A stretch of 63,731 nucleotides of DNA, filler included, from Octopus bimaculoides (lineage: Eukaryota): the NCBI RefSeq assembly GCF_001194135.2. It is 7 parts of 5 records of this genome, joined end to end, with 100 filler letters (N's around TTAATTAATTAA, not from the genome) between each part and the next. Parts side by side here need not be neighbours in the genome. Positions count along the whole stretch, not along the records: positions 60,533 to 63,731 come from NC_068984.1; 6 more parts are not named here. One strand, given 5' to 3'. Made by a program: the position numbers and the translations under genes. The notes beneath the pieces are model-generated. The model was not told where the DNA came from. It searched no databases and saw only the letters and a program-made list of their open reading frames with translations. Within the stretch, counting starts at the first letter, position 1; each line of letters opens with the position of its first letter. This document shows positions 61,467 to 63,731 of the stretch, piece by piece.

Positions 61467-63178
61467 TATGTATTTGTATGTATTTAAATGTGTGACTGTG
61501 TGTGCCTCTGTGTGTTTACCATGCATGTTTTTTTCTGTTTGATATGTGAGTTGAACAGAAGAGGTTTAGTTCGAAAATCATTTCTCCGCCACAGGTTATG
61601 AAAACCATCATTACATATACACACGTACGTACATGTATACATACATCCATACATATATTTACATAAGCACATTCATATACGTATCTGTATAGATACACGC
61701 TACTCATACATATATGCATGTTTCGCCAAACACTTTCATTATTATTTATAACAAATATTCATATTTTGTCATTCATTTCTACATTTGTATATTTATTTAT
61801 TATTTATTCATTTATTAATCTATCTCACTTTCCCGAAATCAAAACTATAGCAGTACTTTGAAGAAGAATACTTTTAAATCTTGAACATACACGTCGTCGT
61901 AGATGTTCTCTTAAGTGTATGCTTTGTTACATGTTTGTCATATGAGTGTTAGTTGATCTTTCGAGTTAGTTGTGTAATCAAAAATTAATACTGTAATGTA
62001 TAATGTCACAGCACAACAGCACAAGAAGACATAACGGCGATAGGCAAAATGAAACCTTGTCAACCAATGAAATGATTTCAGTTATGTACTTTATAACTTA
62101 TGAAATACTGTTCTGAATACAAATTAGAAACATTTATGTATAAAATCAGTATTTTTGAGCCTAGCAGCAAAATATACATCCATTTTCTTCCATCCCTTTC
62201 TCCCTCTTCCCCGCGCTCTCTCTCTCTCTCTCCTTTCAAATACACACGTTCATAAAGTTTTTCTTTCTGTTCAATACATTTTCGTTAATATATATCTTAT
62301 TCCGTTTAAGCACGTTAGATTTGATTATGACGACGCACTTGAGTTTTATAGAAATCTGCAGACAATATCGTCAGTCTTTTAACAAGTGTTGGCCATCTGT
62401 ACTAAACGTCTAACATACAATTTTCTCGTTCTTCTCTGTAAAAATGTGTGATCGATCGTACGCTTTGTTAACCTCCCACATCTTTGTCACCCGGCATCGG
62501 TAACAGAGTGCACACTGATACAACATACAAAGATACAAAGAGCTTAATACTGTGTTGGTTAACTAAACGCTTCGTGAAGGTAGAAATGCACGCCGATACA
62601 TATATATACACGCATGCGCTCTTCACATATGCAATATGCTATTGTTTCATCTCTATCTCCTAACGAGTGGAGTAGCCCATCATAAATTAATTAATTGTGT
62701 AAGTTAATTATGTAAACGAAGTTGATTTTATTCCATTGAAACAAGTGTCGAAAACAAATTATGAAGTATACGCAAAGTTTACGCCTCCCTGCTGTTCATA
62801 TACACACATGAACAGAAGTGAGGCGTAAATTCATATGTGTGTGTGTATGTGTGTGTGTGCGTGTGTGTGTGTGAGTGTGTGTGCATGTGTGTGCGTGTGA
62901 GTGNNNNNNNNNNNNNNNNNNNNNNNNNNNNNNNNNNNNNNNNNNNNNNNNNNNNNNNNNNNNNNNNNNNNNNNNNNNNNNNNNNNNNNNNNNNNNNNNN
63001 NNNNNNNNNNNNNNNNNNNNNNNNNNNNNNNNNNNNNNNNNNNNNNNNNNNNNNNNNNNNNNNNNNNNNNNNATTTGCACAGTATTCAAATACAAGGGGC
63101 ATTTTCCTTGTTTCTGCCTGTCTCTGTCTCTCTTGTTTACTCTTGTGGGTTCAAGGTCGTTGTGAATTCTTGGTAGGG

Positions 63179-63326
63179 AAGAAGAAGAAGAAGGAGAAGA
63201 AGAAGAAGAAGAAGAAGAAGAAGAAGAAGAAGAAGAAGAAGAAGAAGAAGAAGGAGGAAGAGGGGGAGGAGGGGAGGAGGGGGAGGAGAAGGAGGAGAAG
63301 GAGAAGGAGGAGGAGGAGGAAGAGGA
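63179..63326. repeat. (GAA)n-(GGA)n polypurine tract
   Basis: Direct reading. Confidence 0.92.
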
Positions 63327-63689
63327 GGGTATTTACGCCAGACGAAGAAAGGTAGCGAACGCAGAAGAATATTGCCTTTGATAAGAGAAAAGATAGGAGA
63401 GGAGATAGATAAGAATGCGTCTGGTCTGTGCGACAGACTGAAGGAAAAGAAAGGTTATCACGTGAGAAAAAGAAAGATGAACGATGGTCACGTGTGAGCA
63501 ACGAGAGAGAGTAAACGAGAAAGAGGGAGAGAGAGAGAGAAAACGGTGAAGGGGAGAAAAAAGAATTAGAGAAAGGATGAGAGAGAAAACGAAAGGGGGA
63601 GAGAGAACAGTAGAGGGTAGAGTCGCATCAAAATTATTAAGATAAATTTACTTAGAAATGGATGCGTGGCTTCAATCATATAATAATAT

Positions 63690-63731
<42 letters not shown>

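Noticed and set aside
9610-63355. Many long track ORFs containing X runs (e.g. 21750-22742, 31493-32434, 54396-55343)
   Set aside because: They are open only because N gaps contain no stops.
63151-63501. 116-aa poly-Leu/Phe minus ORF suggesting a membrane protein
   Set aside because: Translation of the (GAA)n/(GGA)n tract.

Overview
AT-rich, gap-ridden eukaryotic draft scaffold. The SINE repertoire and microsatellite load are consistent with a coleoid cephalopod, most likely Octopus (inference, no database search). One intact protein-coding gene can be reconstructed by hand: a five-exon, 258-aa DUF1295 / steroid 5-alpha-reductase-like membrane protein on the + strand (43673-51894). All four introns are GT-AG and phase-consistent. 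Almost everything else is decayed mobile DNA: several tRNA-derived SINE families (stacked, dimeric and nested copies with readable TSDs), mariner and Tc1 transposase remnants, RTE and Tx1/L1-type LINE remnants, hAT, piggyBac and Mutator-type MITEs, two Helitron fragments, Penelope-like termini with hammerhead-like motifs, several fold-back palindromes, and mini/microsatellites. Most ORFs in the supplied track are artefacts of N-gaps, microsatellites or antisense TE frames. The strongest leads are (i) a ~95% identical inverted repeat pair bracketing exons 3-4 of the gene (candidate back-splicing or ADAR duplex), (ii) a long fold-back element whose spacer holds a minimal type-I hammerhead-like motif, and (iii) collinear Helitron Rep and helicase/3'-end fragments on either side of exons 2-5. 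No clearly new biological system is proven from sequence alone.
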